NCBI GenBank assembly: GCA_945874115.1 | Contig: CAMCFD010000002.1 | Location: forward strand, 1 to 46,539 | Origin: Rickettsia typhi | Lineage (GTDB): Bacteria; Pseudomonadota; Alphaproteobacteria; Rickettsiales; UBA1997 | DNA length: 46,539 nucleotides | Direction of reading: 5' to 3' | Shown here: positions 26,525 to 35,103 of the stretch, piece by piece | How positions within the stretch are numbered: the first letter of the stretch is position 1 | How the letters are laid out: the number at the start of each line of letters is the position of its first letter | Notes under the pieces: generated by a model | What the model saw: the letters and a program-made list of their open reading frames with translations, nothing else | What the model was told of the DNA's origin: nothing | Database searches by the model: none | Program-made: the position numbers and the translations under genes

Positions 26525-28002
26525 TGGCGAAAATTTTATTTTATTCAATCTATAATACTTGTGAGCCTGTTTTCGCCATAGAAATGGAAGTTATGGCAAA
26601 ACATATTGAAAATGGTGACGATGTTTATGTTTTAAGATGTCACGATGGAGAGTTAAATTATTGCGATTTAAATCCAGAGCATAGGTCAGATATTTGCATG
26701 AAATGCGATAGGTCATTTTATCAAAATATCAAATTAATCAACTTAGATCCAAAAAAAATATTAAGAATTCCTAAAATTGATATTTCTTATAAAAAAATTC
26801 CTAAGTTTTTTTCAAATATTGAAGAATTACAAAGTTTTTTTCTAGAGGGGATAAATTTTGGATTATGCACGGCGTCTACTATAATAAGCGAATATAAAGA
26901 TCATAAGATTGATACAAAAAAGCATCAAGAGAAAATATACAGATTGCTTAAAACATCATATTTTAGCTATAAATTCATGGAGAAGGTTTTTGCAGATTTA
27001 AATCCCGATGTTTTTTATCATCAAGGAGGAAGGGTTGCAAATATATATCCGCTCTACAAATTGGCGGATAAGTTAAATATCAAGAGATATTCAATAACTG
27101 ATGCTGGCGTGATGACGAAATATGATTTATTCGAAGGATTCACATTTTTTGATTTCGATAAAATTGCGCAAAATATAGAAAAAGTTTGGAACGACGATTC
27201 AAGCGATGAAGATAAAATAGAAAAAGCATCGAAATGGTTTGTTGATAAGAGAAATGGCTTAGATGTTGAATGGATGTCGTATACGAAAGATCAGCAAAAA
27301 AATCTTCTTCCGGATAATTTTAATGAAGAAAAAAATAATATTGCCATATTTAATTCTTCAATAAACGAATATTGCTCAGTTGAGAATACTCAAAACACTT
27401 TATATGAAGATGAAACTGATGCGCTAAGAAATATTTTTGAGCATTATAAAGATGACGATAATATTCATTTTTATTTAAGAATACACCCGAATCTTAAAAA
27501 CCTTGATAATACTCAGATTAAAGAACTGAGAGAAATCAGTAAGCGTGGCTATAAAAATGTGTCAATAATATGGCCAGAAGAAAAAATAGATTCATATGCT
27601 TTGTTGCTTTCTTGTAATAAAATTGTAACATTTTTCTCAACGGTTGGAGTCGAAGCTTGTTTTTGGGGAAAACCTTCAATTTTGGCAGGTAGGGCATTTT
27701 ATGAAAAATTAGATTGTTGTTATGTGCCAAAAAATCACGGTGAGTTAATGTCGCTAATCGCCAAAGATATATTGCCGAAAAATAAAAATGAGGCTATAAA
27801 ATATGGATATTGGCAAATGAAGCGCGGATATGATTATCAGAAATATGATCCTTCGAGTCATTTTGGCGGTTTATTTCTTAAGCAGTCAATGGCGGTAAAA
27901 TTTTCGTCGGTTGATAAAATTTTTCTTAAAATACGAAAAAGAAAAAGTAAAATTATCAATAAGGTTAAGAAGTTTCTTTCTAAATTTAACATTTTATTTT
28001 AA
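26524..28002 (+). CDS. KpsS/KpsC-like (Capsule_synth family) putative glycosyltransferase; candidate CMP-nonulosonate transferase
   Basis: 492 aa. IVTFFSTVGVEACFWGKPSILAGRAFYE runs parallel to the KpsS segment VVTINSTAGISAL...KP....G.A.Y as I remember it. HFYLRIHPN supplies an HP motif. The N-terminal Cys cluster is C39-x7-C47-x10-C58-x2-C61. Its start overlaps the amidotransferase stop (TAATG). Confidence 0.5.
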   Translation: MAKILFYSIYNTCEPVFAIEMEVMAKHIENGDDVYVLRCHDGELNYCDLNPEHRSDICMKCDRSFYQNIKLINLDPKKILRIPKIDISYKKIPKFFSNIEELQSFFLEGINFGLCTASTIISEYKDHKIDTKKHQEKIYRLLKTSYFSYKFMEKVFADLNPDVFYHQGGRVANIYPLYKLADKLNIKRYSITDAGVMTKYDLFEGFTFFDFDKIAQNIEKVWNDDSSDEDKIEKASKWFVDKRNGLDVEWMSYTKDQQKNLLPDNFNEEKNNIAIFNSSINEYCSVENTQNTLYEDETDALRNIFEHYKDDDNIHFYLRIHPNLKNLDNTQIKELREISKRGYKNVSIIWPEEKIDSYALLLSCNKIVTFFSTVGVEACFWGKPSILAGRAFYEKLDCCYVPKNHGELMSLIAKDILPKNKNEAIKYGYWQMKRGYDYQKYDPSSHFGGLFLKQSMAVKFSSVDKIFLKIRKRKSKIINKVKKFLSKFNILF

Positions 28003-28007
28003 TTACT

Positions 28008-28220
28008 ATGTCAAAAATTCTATTTTTATTTTTTATTTGTTTATTCGTTTTTCAAAACGAAGCTTACGCCTATATTAATCCAGGTACGGGAAGTGATTTT
28101 GTGCAAATGTTAATTGCATTATTGCTTGGTATTGTAAAGTTTTTCAAAAATATTGTTGCTAAAATAAAGCAATTATTGGGTTTTAAATCTAACAAAAAAA
28201 ATGACGAAGATGACAAATAG
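28008..28220 (+). CDS. Small exported or membrane peptide (hypothetical)
   Basis: 70 aa. A signal-peptide-like MSKILFLFFICLFVFQNEAYA, then YINPGTGS, one hydrophobic helix (FVQMLIALLLGIV) and a basic then acidic tail. The next gene overlaps it by 20 nt. Confidence 0.4.
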   Translation: MSKILFLFFICLFVFQNEAYAYINPGTGSDFVQMLIALLLGIVKFFKNIVAKIKQLLGFKSNKKNDEDDK

Positions 28221-29586
28221 AGAGCCGATTCCCTCTTCTTTCCGCGATCCTAGCGGATTTATTTTTATTGAAAATGGAGAGATTTTTAGACAAATTAATT
28301 TTTCCTATAAAGAGAATTACGATTCTTTAATCGAATCAGGTTTGTTAAAAAACCTAGTTGATAAAAATCTTTTAGTTTCTCACGAAGAAGTTAAGAACTC
28401 TGAAAATTCTGATTCTTATAAAATAATTAAGCCCAAAAAAATAGAATATATTTCATATCCATATGAGTGGAGTTTTTCGCAGTTAAAAGATGCGGCGCTT
28501 CTTACTTTGAGGACACAAAGAATTGCCTTGAAGCATAATATGAGCTTGAAAGATGCATCATCATATAATGTTCAATTTTTGGACGGAAAACCGATTTTTA
28601 TCGACAGTTTATCTTTTGAGAAATATCAAGAAGGACTTCCGTGGGTGGCATATCGACAATTTTGCCAACATTTTTTGGCGCCATTATTGTTGATGAAATA
28701 TAGCAACATAAATCTGAATCAACTTCTTCGAGTATATTTAGACGGTATTCCGCTTGATATTGCTAATTCTATTTTGCCGTTAAAAGCAAAATTCAATTTC
28801 TCGGTTTTTTTACATATTTCACTTCATTCAAAAACGCAGAAGAAGCTTGAAAATACTGATGTGAAATTTTCGAAAAATGCGAAGTTAACTAAAGCTAAAC
28901 TCCTTGATATTGTTGAGAATTTAGAAGATTTAATCGGAAATATTTCTCTGCCAAAATCACAAACGGAGTGGGGCGAATATTATACTTTCACTAATTATTC
29001 TGATTCTGCATTTAGCAATAAAAAGAAAATTATCGAGGGATTTTTAGATAAAATTAATCCAAAAACCTTGTGGGATTTGGGCGCTAATAATGGCTTGTTT
29101 AGCAGAATTGCCAGCAATAGAAAAATAAAAACAGTTGCTTTTGACATCGATCCAATCGCGGTTGAGAAAAATTATTTACAGATTAAAAATAGCAAAGAAA
29201 CTGATATCTTACCGCTGGTTCTTGATTTGACGAATCCTAGTCCGTCAATTGGCTTTGCTAATGAAGAAAGGCCATCTTTTTCGCAAAGATCAGAAACTGA
29301 TGTAATTATGGCGCTTGCTTTAATTCACCATATTTCTATTTCGAATAATGTTCCTTTTGTTAAAGTTGCAAAATATTTTGCGCAAATGACGAATTATTTG
29401 ATAATAGAGTTTGTGCCCAAATCTGATTCTCAAGTAAAAAAACTTTTAGCAACGAGAGAAGACGTGTTTCCCAGATATAATCAAAACGGGTTCGAGCAAT
29501 ATTTTTCGCAATATTTTTCAATTGTTGATTCTGTTAAAATTGAAGATTGCGACAGAGTTTTATATCTGATGAAAAAAAATAGTTAG
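28201..29586 (+). CDS. Class I SAM-dependent methyltransferase with an N-terminal extension of about 270 aa
   Basis: 461 aa. The C-terminal part has SAM motif I LWDLGANNGLFS, motif II VAFDIDP and ALALIHHI. The N-terminal part (SFRDPSGFIF...ISYPYEWSFSQLKDAAL...LKDASSYNVQF) recurs in long methyltransferases as I remember them, but I cannot name it. Confidence 0.7.
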   Translation: MTKMTNREPIPSSFRDPSGFIFIENGEIFRQINFSYKENYDSLIESGLLKNLVDKNLLVSHEEVKNSENSDSYKIIKPKKIEYISYPYEWSFSQLKDAALLTLRTQRIALKHNMSLKDASSYNVQFLDGKPIFIDSLSFEKYQEGLPWVAYRQFCQHFLAPLLLMKYSNINLNQLLRVYLDGIPLDIANSILPLKAKFNFSVFLHISLHSKTQKKLENTDVKFSKNAKLTKAKLLDIVENLEDLIGNISLPKSQTEWGEYYTFTNYSDSAFSNKKKIIEGFLDKINPKTLWDLGANNGLFSRIASNRKIKTVAFDIDPIAVEKNYLQIKNSKETDILPLVLDLTNPSPSIGFANEERPSFSQRSETDVIMALALIHHISISNNVPFVKVAKYFAQMTNYLIIEFVPKSDSQVKKLLATREDVFPRYNQNGFEQYFSQYFSIVDSVKIEDCDRVLYLMKKNS

Positions 29587-29587
29587 A

Positions 29588-31120
29588 ATGAAATTTTACC
29601 TTCTATATCCATTTTTGACGGCGATTTTTCCGGCGGTTTTTTTATGCGCTAAGAATGTACACGAAACAAAACTTATCAACTTGTTTATAGCTTCGGTTCT
29701 TGCTTTCTTTTTATCATCTTTATTTTATTATTCCTCATTTTTAATAAACAAAGACTTTCATAAAGCAGCTTTATGCGCATTTTTAGCCATAATGATATTT
29801 TATAAATCTGGCCATTATTATAAAAAACTAGTTAATAAAAAATTGCGTGAAATTATTTTTATTAGAATTTTATACAGCTTTTTGACTCTTTTCTTTATTT
29901 ATCAAATTTTTTTATTAAGCTTAAAAATATCTTTTAATTTAGAATTATTATCGAATATTATATTTTATTTTTATGCATTCGTCATTTTAATTCCAATCGC
30001 AAAAATTATTGGTTTTTATGCGAAAAATAAAGACCAGAAGGTTAAGATTGACAAGAGAAGCGCTGTTGATGTTTTAGACAAAAACTTGCCCGATGTTTAT
30101 TATATTGTGGTTGACGGATATGCGGGAATCAATACTTTGAAAGATATTTGCGGATTTGATAATTCAGAATTTTATTCTCATCTTAAGAAAGAGGGTTTTT
30201 GTGTCAGTGATAAAACTAAGTCTAATTATACGATCACGAATTTATCTGTTTGTTCAACTTTAAACATGAATTATATTCAAGATTTTTTTGATTCTTCAAC
30301 TATATCTTCCGATCAAGGCGGAATACATAAGCTTTATAAATTTCATTTAGATAATGAGGTTTCAAGAATGTTCAAATCATATGGCTATACATATGTTCAT
30401 CTTATTAATCATTGGGAGCAAATGTATTTCAATGAAGATGAGTTTGCTGATATTTCTATAAAATCTTCCCAATCAACTGACTATTTAAAAATATTTTTAC
30501 AAAAAACTTTAATTGGTATTTATCAAGATATATTATTTTCTGCTGTTTCTAGAAAAAATATGAAATTCTTATTTGAAAAACTAAAGAATATTCACAGTAT
30601 AAAAGGGCCTAAATTTGTTTTCTCTCACCTTATTTGTCCTCACGAGCCCTATTTGTTTAATGAAAATGGCGATAAGCCTAAAATGAAAAATGAAGATCCG
30701 GCTAATAAGGAAAATATTCCTCTTTATGTTGAGCAAATAAAATATGTTAATAAAATTTTGACAGAAACTATTAGTAATATTTTGAAAAATTCAAAAAACT
30801 CGATAATAGTAATTAAGGCGGACCATGGTTCTGAATTTTTGATGAATGTTGAGTCGTCAAAATCAAAAGATGGCGCAGTAATTTGGCCTAAAGACCCGTC
30901 GCCAGAGATGTTACAAGAAAGATTCGAAATATTTAATGCTATATATCTTCCTGATAATGATGTAGAAGTTTTTGATAAATTTCAAAGTTCGGTAAATATT
31001 TTTCGCTTTATATTTAACAAATATTTTTCGACCAATTATGAGATTTTGCCAGAAAGGCAATATTATAGCAATTATGTTGATCACTTTATTTTCAGGGATG
31101 TTACTGATAAGCTGAACTGA
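29588..31120 (+). CDS. Membrane-anchored alkaline-phosphatase-superfamily protein (sulfatase / phosphotransferase / NPP-like)
   Basis: 510 aa. About 5 N-terminal TM helices precede a soluble domain with a metal-ligand-like YYIVVDGYAG and IVIKADHGSEF (D-H-G motif). The subfamily is not resolved. Confidence 0.55.
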   Translation: MKFYLLYPFLTAIFPAVFLCAKNVHETKLINLFIASVLAFFLSSLFYYSSFLINKDFHKAALCAFLAIMIFYKSGHYYKKLVNKKLREIIFIRILYSFLTLFFIYQIFLLSLKISFNLELLSNIIFYFYAFVILIPIAKIIGFYAKNKDQKVKIDKRSAVDVLDKNLPDVYYIVVDGYAGINTLKDICGFDNSEFYSHLKKEGFCVSDKTKSNYTITNLSVCSTLNMNYIQDFFDSSTISSDQGGIHKLYKFHLDNEVSRMFKSYGYTYVHLINHWEQMYFNEDEFADISIKSSQSTDYLKIFLQKTLIGIYQDILFSAVSRKNMKFLFEKLKNIHSIKGPKFVFSHLICPHEPYLFNENGDKPKMKNEDPANKENIPLYVEQIKYVNKILTETISNILKNSKNSIIVIKADHGSEFLMNVESSKSKDGAVIWPKDPSPEMLQERFEIFNAIYLPDNDVEVFDKFQSSVNIFRFIFNKYFSTNYEILPERQYYSNYVDHFIFRDVTDKLN

Positions 31121-31151
31121 TTTTCATGGCTAAATCTAGTTTTGCGACAAT

Positions 31152-31799
31152 TTAAAAAAAGCAAGTCCGCACAGTTTTGCAAAGCAAATTATATCCTTTA
31201 TCTTTCAAAAATAAATAAATTTTGTCGTTGAATATATTTTCTAAACTTTCGTGAATCTCGATTAAAATTATATCTGGACAATATAAATTCCAGTTGTTTG
31301 ATTCAAGAACTTCAATCTCGTGTCCCTCTACATCAATTGACATAAAATCAATTTTTTTAACACTGCATTCATCAAGAATTTCACGCAAAGGTTTTGTGGT
31401 TATTAATTTTTCTTCAATTATTTTATATCCGGCCTTTTCGCATTCGCGCGCTTTTTCTTCGCTAAAAGTATTAAGGGCTCCATCATCGAAAATATAAAAT
31501 TTATTTGACTGGTTTTTCCCAACTAGGTTGCAAATATTAAAATCTTTTGGGCGCTTTTTGTTAAATTTATCAATATTGATTAAGTCAACATTGACGCCAT
31601 TCCAGCCGCGATCATAAAAAATTTTAGTATTAGAGAAGCGCACCGGATGATGAGCGCCGATGTCAACATAAAATCCCTGTTTCTTGTTATTCATTATCGA
31701 ATCTAATATTAAATCTTCACCTTCTTGAGAATAAGAAATATTAGATTTTAACAAATCGGGATGTTTGATAAATTTTTTTATTATTTTAAATAGTAGCAT
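31152..31799 (-). CDS. FkbM-family methyltransferase
   Basis: 215 aa. GFYVDIGAHHPVRFSNT and KIDFMSIDVEGHEIEVL are the FkbM (Methyltransf_21) hallmarks. Confidence 0.8.
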   Translation of the reverse strand: MLLFKIIKKFIKHPDLLKSNISYSQEGEDLILDSIMNNKKQGFYVDIGAHHPVRFSNTKIFYDRGWNGVNVDLINIDKFNKKRPKDFNICNLVGKNQSNKFYIFDDGALNTFSEEKARECEKAGYKIIEEKLITTKPLREILDECSVKKIDFMSIDVEGHEIEVLESNNWNLYCPDIILIEIHESLENIFNDKIYLFLKDKGYNLLCKTVRTCFF

Positions 31800-31807
31800 T
31801 TATTTTT

Positions 31808-32749
31808 TTAATTGATGATGGAAGAATAAATTCTTTGTGTGCCTTGTGCGTCAACTAAGTCTTTAATTTCGTTAAAAAACTTTTGATAATTTGCCGAAAC
31901 TTTGTAATAAAATTCTTCAAAATTTCCATTAAATCCAAGTTTGGTAAAAATTTTCCCCTGATTATCCGCTATTTTTACCATATAGGTTGGAAGCGCTAAG
32001 GAGCACCTTTCCCAAGTGCTTGTGCCTCCAGCCGCAAAGGCAATATCGGCGTCATAAATTAATTTTGCCATGTTGGCCTGTTTATGAATCGTGATTTTAT
32101 TTTTCGATTTTTGCGCGAATTCTTCTATTGTTTTTAAATTAACTGCGTCAAAACCCAAAACAACATTTATTTCGCCGCTAAATTTCGATTTTTCAATTTC
32201 TTGAAGCGCATTTAAACTGTGATTTTTTAAGTCAGATCCACCAAAATTTACTAAAATATTGGCAATGTTTTTTGTGGTTGATCTTTTTTCGAGTGCTTTT
32301 TGTCTAAGTTCTAGAAACTCTTCGCGAAGTAGACAATATTTGGTTCCTGCCAATATTTCACAATTTTTTCCAACAAGATTTTCATAATCTTCAACTTTTG
32401 ATCCAATATTTTGATCAAGCAAAATATCACAATTATGTTTTCTATTCGCTAAATCGTCAATTACTAAAATTTTTTGTGCAAACTCTCGAAAATGACTTTC
32501 ATATTTTTCGTCTAAATTATAATTATCGACGATTAATAAATCGCAATTTTGGGGATTTTTGTAAAATTCTTGCGGTTGAATTTGCGTGAACTTTTCGAGA
32601 TTTTTGATAAAGTTATAACTCTCATTTGAGGTGGCAAAAAAACATTTCCAGCCTTTATTTTCAAGGAAATTTGCAAGAGTGATGCATCTTATAACGTGAC
32701 CCGTGCCAATATTTAGTGAAGCTTCGCAAGAAAATATTGCAGTTTTCAT
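31808..32749 (-). CDS. pseG: UDP-2,4-diacetamido-2,4,6-trideoxy-beta-L-altropyranose hydrolase
   Basis: 313 aa, GT-B-like. The N-terminus SCEASLNIGTGHVIRCITLANFLENKGW is the PseG signature, and the C-terminal segment is ADIAFAAGGTSTWERCSLALP. Confidence 0.8.
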   Translation of the reverse strand: MKTAIFSCEASLNIGTGHVIRCITLANFLENKGWKCFFATSNESYNFIKNLEKFTQIQPQEFYKNPQNCDLLIVDNYNLDEKYESHFREFAQKILVIDDLANRKHNCDILLDQNIGSKVEDYENLVGKNCEILAGTKYCLLREEFLELRQKALEKRSTTKNIANILVNFGGSDLKNHSLNALQEIEKSKFSGEINVVLGFDAVNLKTIEEFAQKSKNKITIHKQANMAKLIYDADIAFAAGGTSTWERCSLALPTYMVKIADNQGKIFTKLGFNGNFEEFYYKVSANYQKFFNEIKDLVDAQGTQRIYSSIIN

Positions 32750-32754
32750 GAATA

Positions 32755-34668
32755 TTAATTTTTAGCGTTCATTTCTAATTTTGCTATATTGATAAATTCC
32801 TCAAATCCAAAACTTTTTTGTCCTTCTTCGCCTAATTTTCTAACCGAAACTGAATTATTCGCCGCTTCTTGTTTACCAATTGCTAAAATATATGGAACTT
32901 TTTGTAAAGAATGTTCGCGGATTTTATAATTGATTTTTTGCGCGTCGGAGTCGATCGAAACGCGGAATCCCTCTTTTTTCAATCGCTCAAAAAATTGCTT
33001 GGCGAAATCATCAGAATCGTTGGTGATCGTTGCAACAACGATTTGAACGGGAGCCAGCCAAAGCGGGAATTTTCCGGCATAGTTTTCAATTAAAATTCCG
33101 ATGAATCTTTCCATGCTTCCAAGAATTGCGCGATGAAGCATAACGGGGCGGTGCTTAGCGCCATCTTGCCCGATATAGCTTGCGTCAAGACGTTCAGGTA
33201 AGATAAAATCAACTTGCAATGTACCACATTGCCAGTGGCGGCCAATGGCGTCAACCAGCGTAAATTCTAGCTTCGGGCCATAAAATGCGCCTTCGCCTTC
33301 GTTGATTTCATAAATTAATCCGGCGGCTTTCACGGCGTCTTCTAAAGCTTTTTCAGCCTTGTCCCACGTGGCGTCATCGCCAGCGCGTTTTTCAGGGCGC
33401 GTCGAGAATTTTACGATAACATCTTCGAATCCGAAATCTTTATAAACTTCCTTCAGAAGTTCGCAGAAAGCCACGGTTTCCTCGTTAATTTGATGTTCTT
33501 CGCAGAAAATGTGAGCATCGTCTTGGGTGAAGCTTCTGACGCGCATAATGCCGTGCAGCGAGCCGCTTGGTTCGTTTCTGTGGCAACAGCCAAATTCGGC
33601 CATGCGCAAAGGCAATTGGCGGTAAGATTTTAAATCTTGGTTAAAAATTTGCACGTGAGCTGGGCAATTCATTGGCTTGATGGCCATTTTTCTGTCTTCG
33701 TCAGTTTCGCAAATAAACATATTTTCGCGGAATTTTTCCCAGTGACCCGATTTTTCCCACAAAATTTTATCGATCATTTGTGGCGTTTTAACTTCTTGAT
33801 AGCCGTGTTTTTCAAGCTTGCGACGAATATAATTTTCGATTTCGCGATAAATTATATAGCCTTTAGCGTGCCAAAATACTGAGCCGGCGGCTTCTTCTTG
33901 AGTATGAAATAAATCGAGTTCGCGCCCGAGTTTGCGGTGGTCGCGCTTTGCGGCCTCTTCAAGCATGTTAAGATATTTCTCGAGAGATTCTTTACTTTCC
34001 CAAGCTGTGCCATAAATTCGCTGCAACATTTCATTGTTTGAATCACCGCGCCAGTAGGCTCCGGCAAGTTTCATCAGCTTGAAATATTTTATGTGAGAAG
34101 TTGACGGAGCGTGTGGGCCACGGCATAAATCGATAAATTGACCTTGGCGATAGAGCGAAATATCTTCGTTTGCAGGAATTGATGCAATAATTTCAGCCTT
34201 ATATTTTTCGCCAATTGATGAAAAGAATTTAACCGCATCATCACGCTTCCAAACTTCGCGCACCAATGGTTCGTCGCGTTTTACAATTTCGTGCATTTTA
34301 GCTTCAATTTTTGCTAAATCGTCCGGAGAAAATGGGGTAGGGCGCGCGAAGTCATAATAGAAGCCGTTTTCGATAGAGGGCCCGATTGTTACTTGCGTTT
34401 CAGGATAAAGTTCTTTCACCGCTTCGGCCATAATGTGCGCGGCGTCGTGGCGGATAACTTCAAGTGCATCAATGCCTGATTTTGGTGTAATAATTTCAAT
34501 TTTCGCATCATTTTCAATCTTGCGAGAAAGGTCGCGCAATTCGCCATCAACCTTAATTGCCAAAGCCACTTTTGCCAAGCTGATAGAAATTGATTTGGCA
34601 AGCTCAAGCCCAGTAATTCCTAGCTCAAATTGCTTTGAATTGCCATCGGGAAATGTAATTTTTATCAT
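32755..34668 (-). CDS. thrS: Threonine--tRNA ligase
   Basis: 637 aa. TGS domain [14 protein letters not shown], editing-domain [10 protein letters not shown], class II core [29 protein letters not shown] and QCGTLQVDF, plus an anticodon-binding C-terminus. Confidence 0.97.
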   Translation of the reverse strand: MIKITFPDGNSKQFELGITGLELAKSISISLAKVALAIKVDGELRDLSRKIENDAKIEIITPKSGIDALEVIRHDAAHIMAEAVKELYPETQVTIGPSIENGFYYDFARPTPFSPDDLAKIEAKMHEIVKRDEPLVREVWKRDDAVKFFSSIGEKYKAEIIASIPANEDISLYRQGQFIDLCRGPHAPSTSHIKYFKLMKLAGAYWRGDSNNEMLQRIYGTAWESKESLEKYLNMLEEAAKRDHRKLGRELDLFHTQEEAAGSVFWHAKGYIIYREIENYIRRKLEKHGYQEVKTPQMIDKILWEKSGHWEKFRENMFICETDEDRKMAIKPMNCPAHVQIFNQDLKSYRQLPLRMAEFGCCHRNEPSGSLHGIMRVRSFTQDDAHIFCEEHQINEETVAFCELLKEVYKDFGFEDVIVKFSTRPEKRAGDDATWDKAEKALEDAVKAAGLIYEINEGEGAFYGPKLEFTLVDAIGRHWQCGTLQVDFILPERLDASYIGQDGAKHRPVMLHRAILGSMERFIGILIENYAGKFPLWLAPVQIVVATITNDSDDFAKQFFERLKKEGFRVSIDSDAQKINYKIREHSLQKVPYILAIGKQEAANNSVSVRKLGEEGQKSFGFEEFINIAKLEMNAKN

Positions 34669-34742
34669 TTTGCTTGCGTTTTTTGTATTTTATGGCATAA
34701 TTATAGCGTAAAAATTTTATTTTACAATTTTTTTCACCAAAA

Positions 34743-35030
34743 ATGTTGAAACCAGCGGTTTATATGCTTGCAAGCGCCAAAAAGGGCGTGATTTATGTTG
34801 GAGTTAGTTCTGATTTAATAAAAAGAATTTTTCAACATAAAAATGACGAAATTGCTGGTTTTACTAAGAAATATGGCTGTAAGATTTTGGTTTATTGCGA
34901 GTTTTATGATTCAATTATTGATGCAATTTCGCGTGAAAAACAATTGAAAAATTGGAAGCGAAGTTGGAAAATTGCTCTGATTGAAAAGGAAAATAAGGCT
35001 TGGCGAGATTTGTATTTTGATTTGTTGTGA
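34743..35030 (+). CDS. Stand-alone GIY-YIG nuclease-domain protein
   Basis: 95 aa. VYMLASAKKGVIYVGVSSDLIKRIFQHKN (GIY...YVG motif), FTKKYGCKILVY and REKQLKNWKRSWK. There is no additional DNA-binding domain. Confidence 0.85.
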   Translation: MLKPAVYMLASAKKGVIYVGVSSDLIKRIFQHKNDEIAGFTKKYGCKILVYCEFYDSIIDAISREKQLKNWKRSWKIALIEKENKAWRDLYFDLL

Positions 35031-35103
35031 GTTGTTGCGTGTTATGGATTTTCGGTTCAAAGGTCGTAATTAATGAGGACAGTCAACGCCATTTTTACCT
35101 GTT

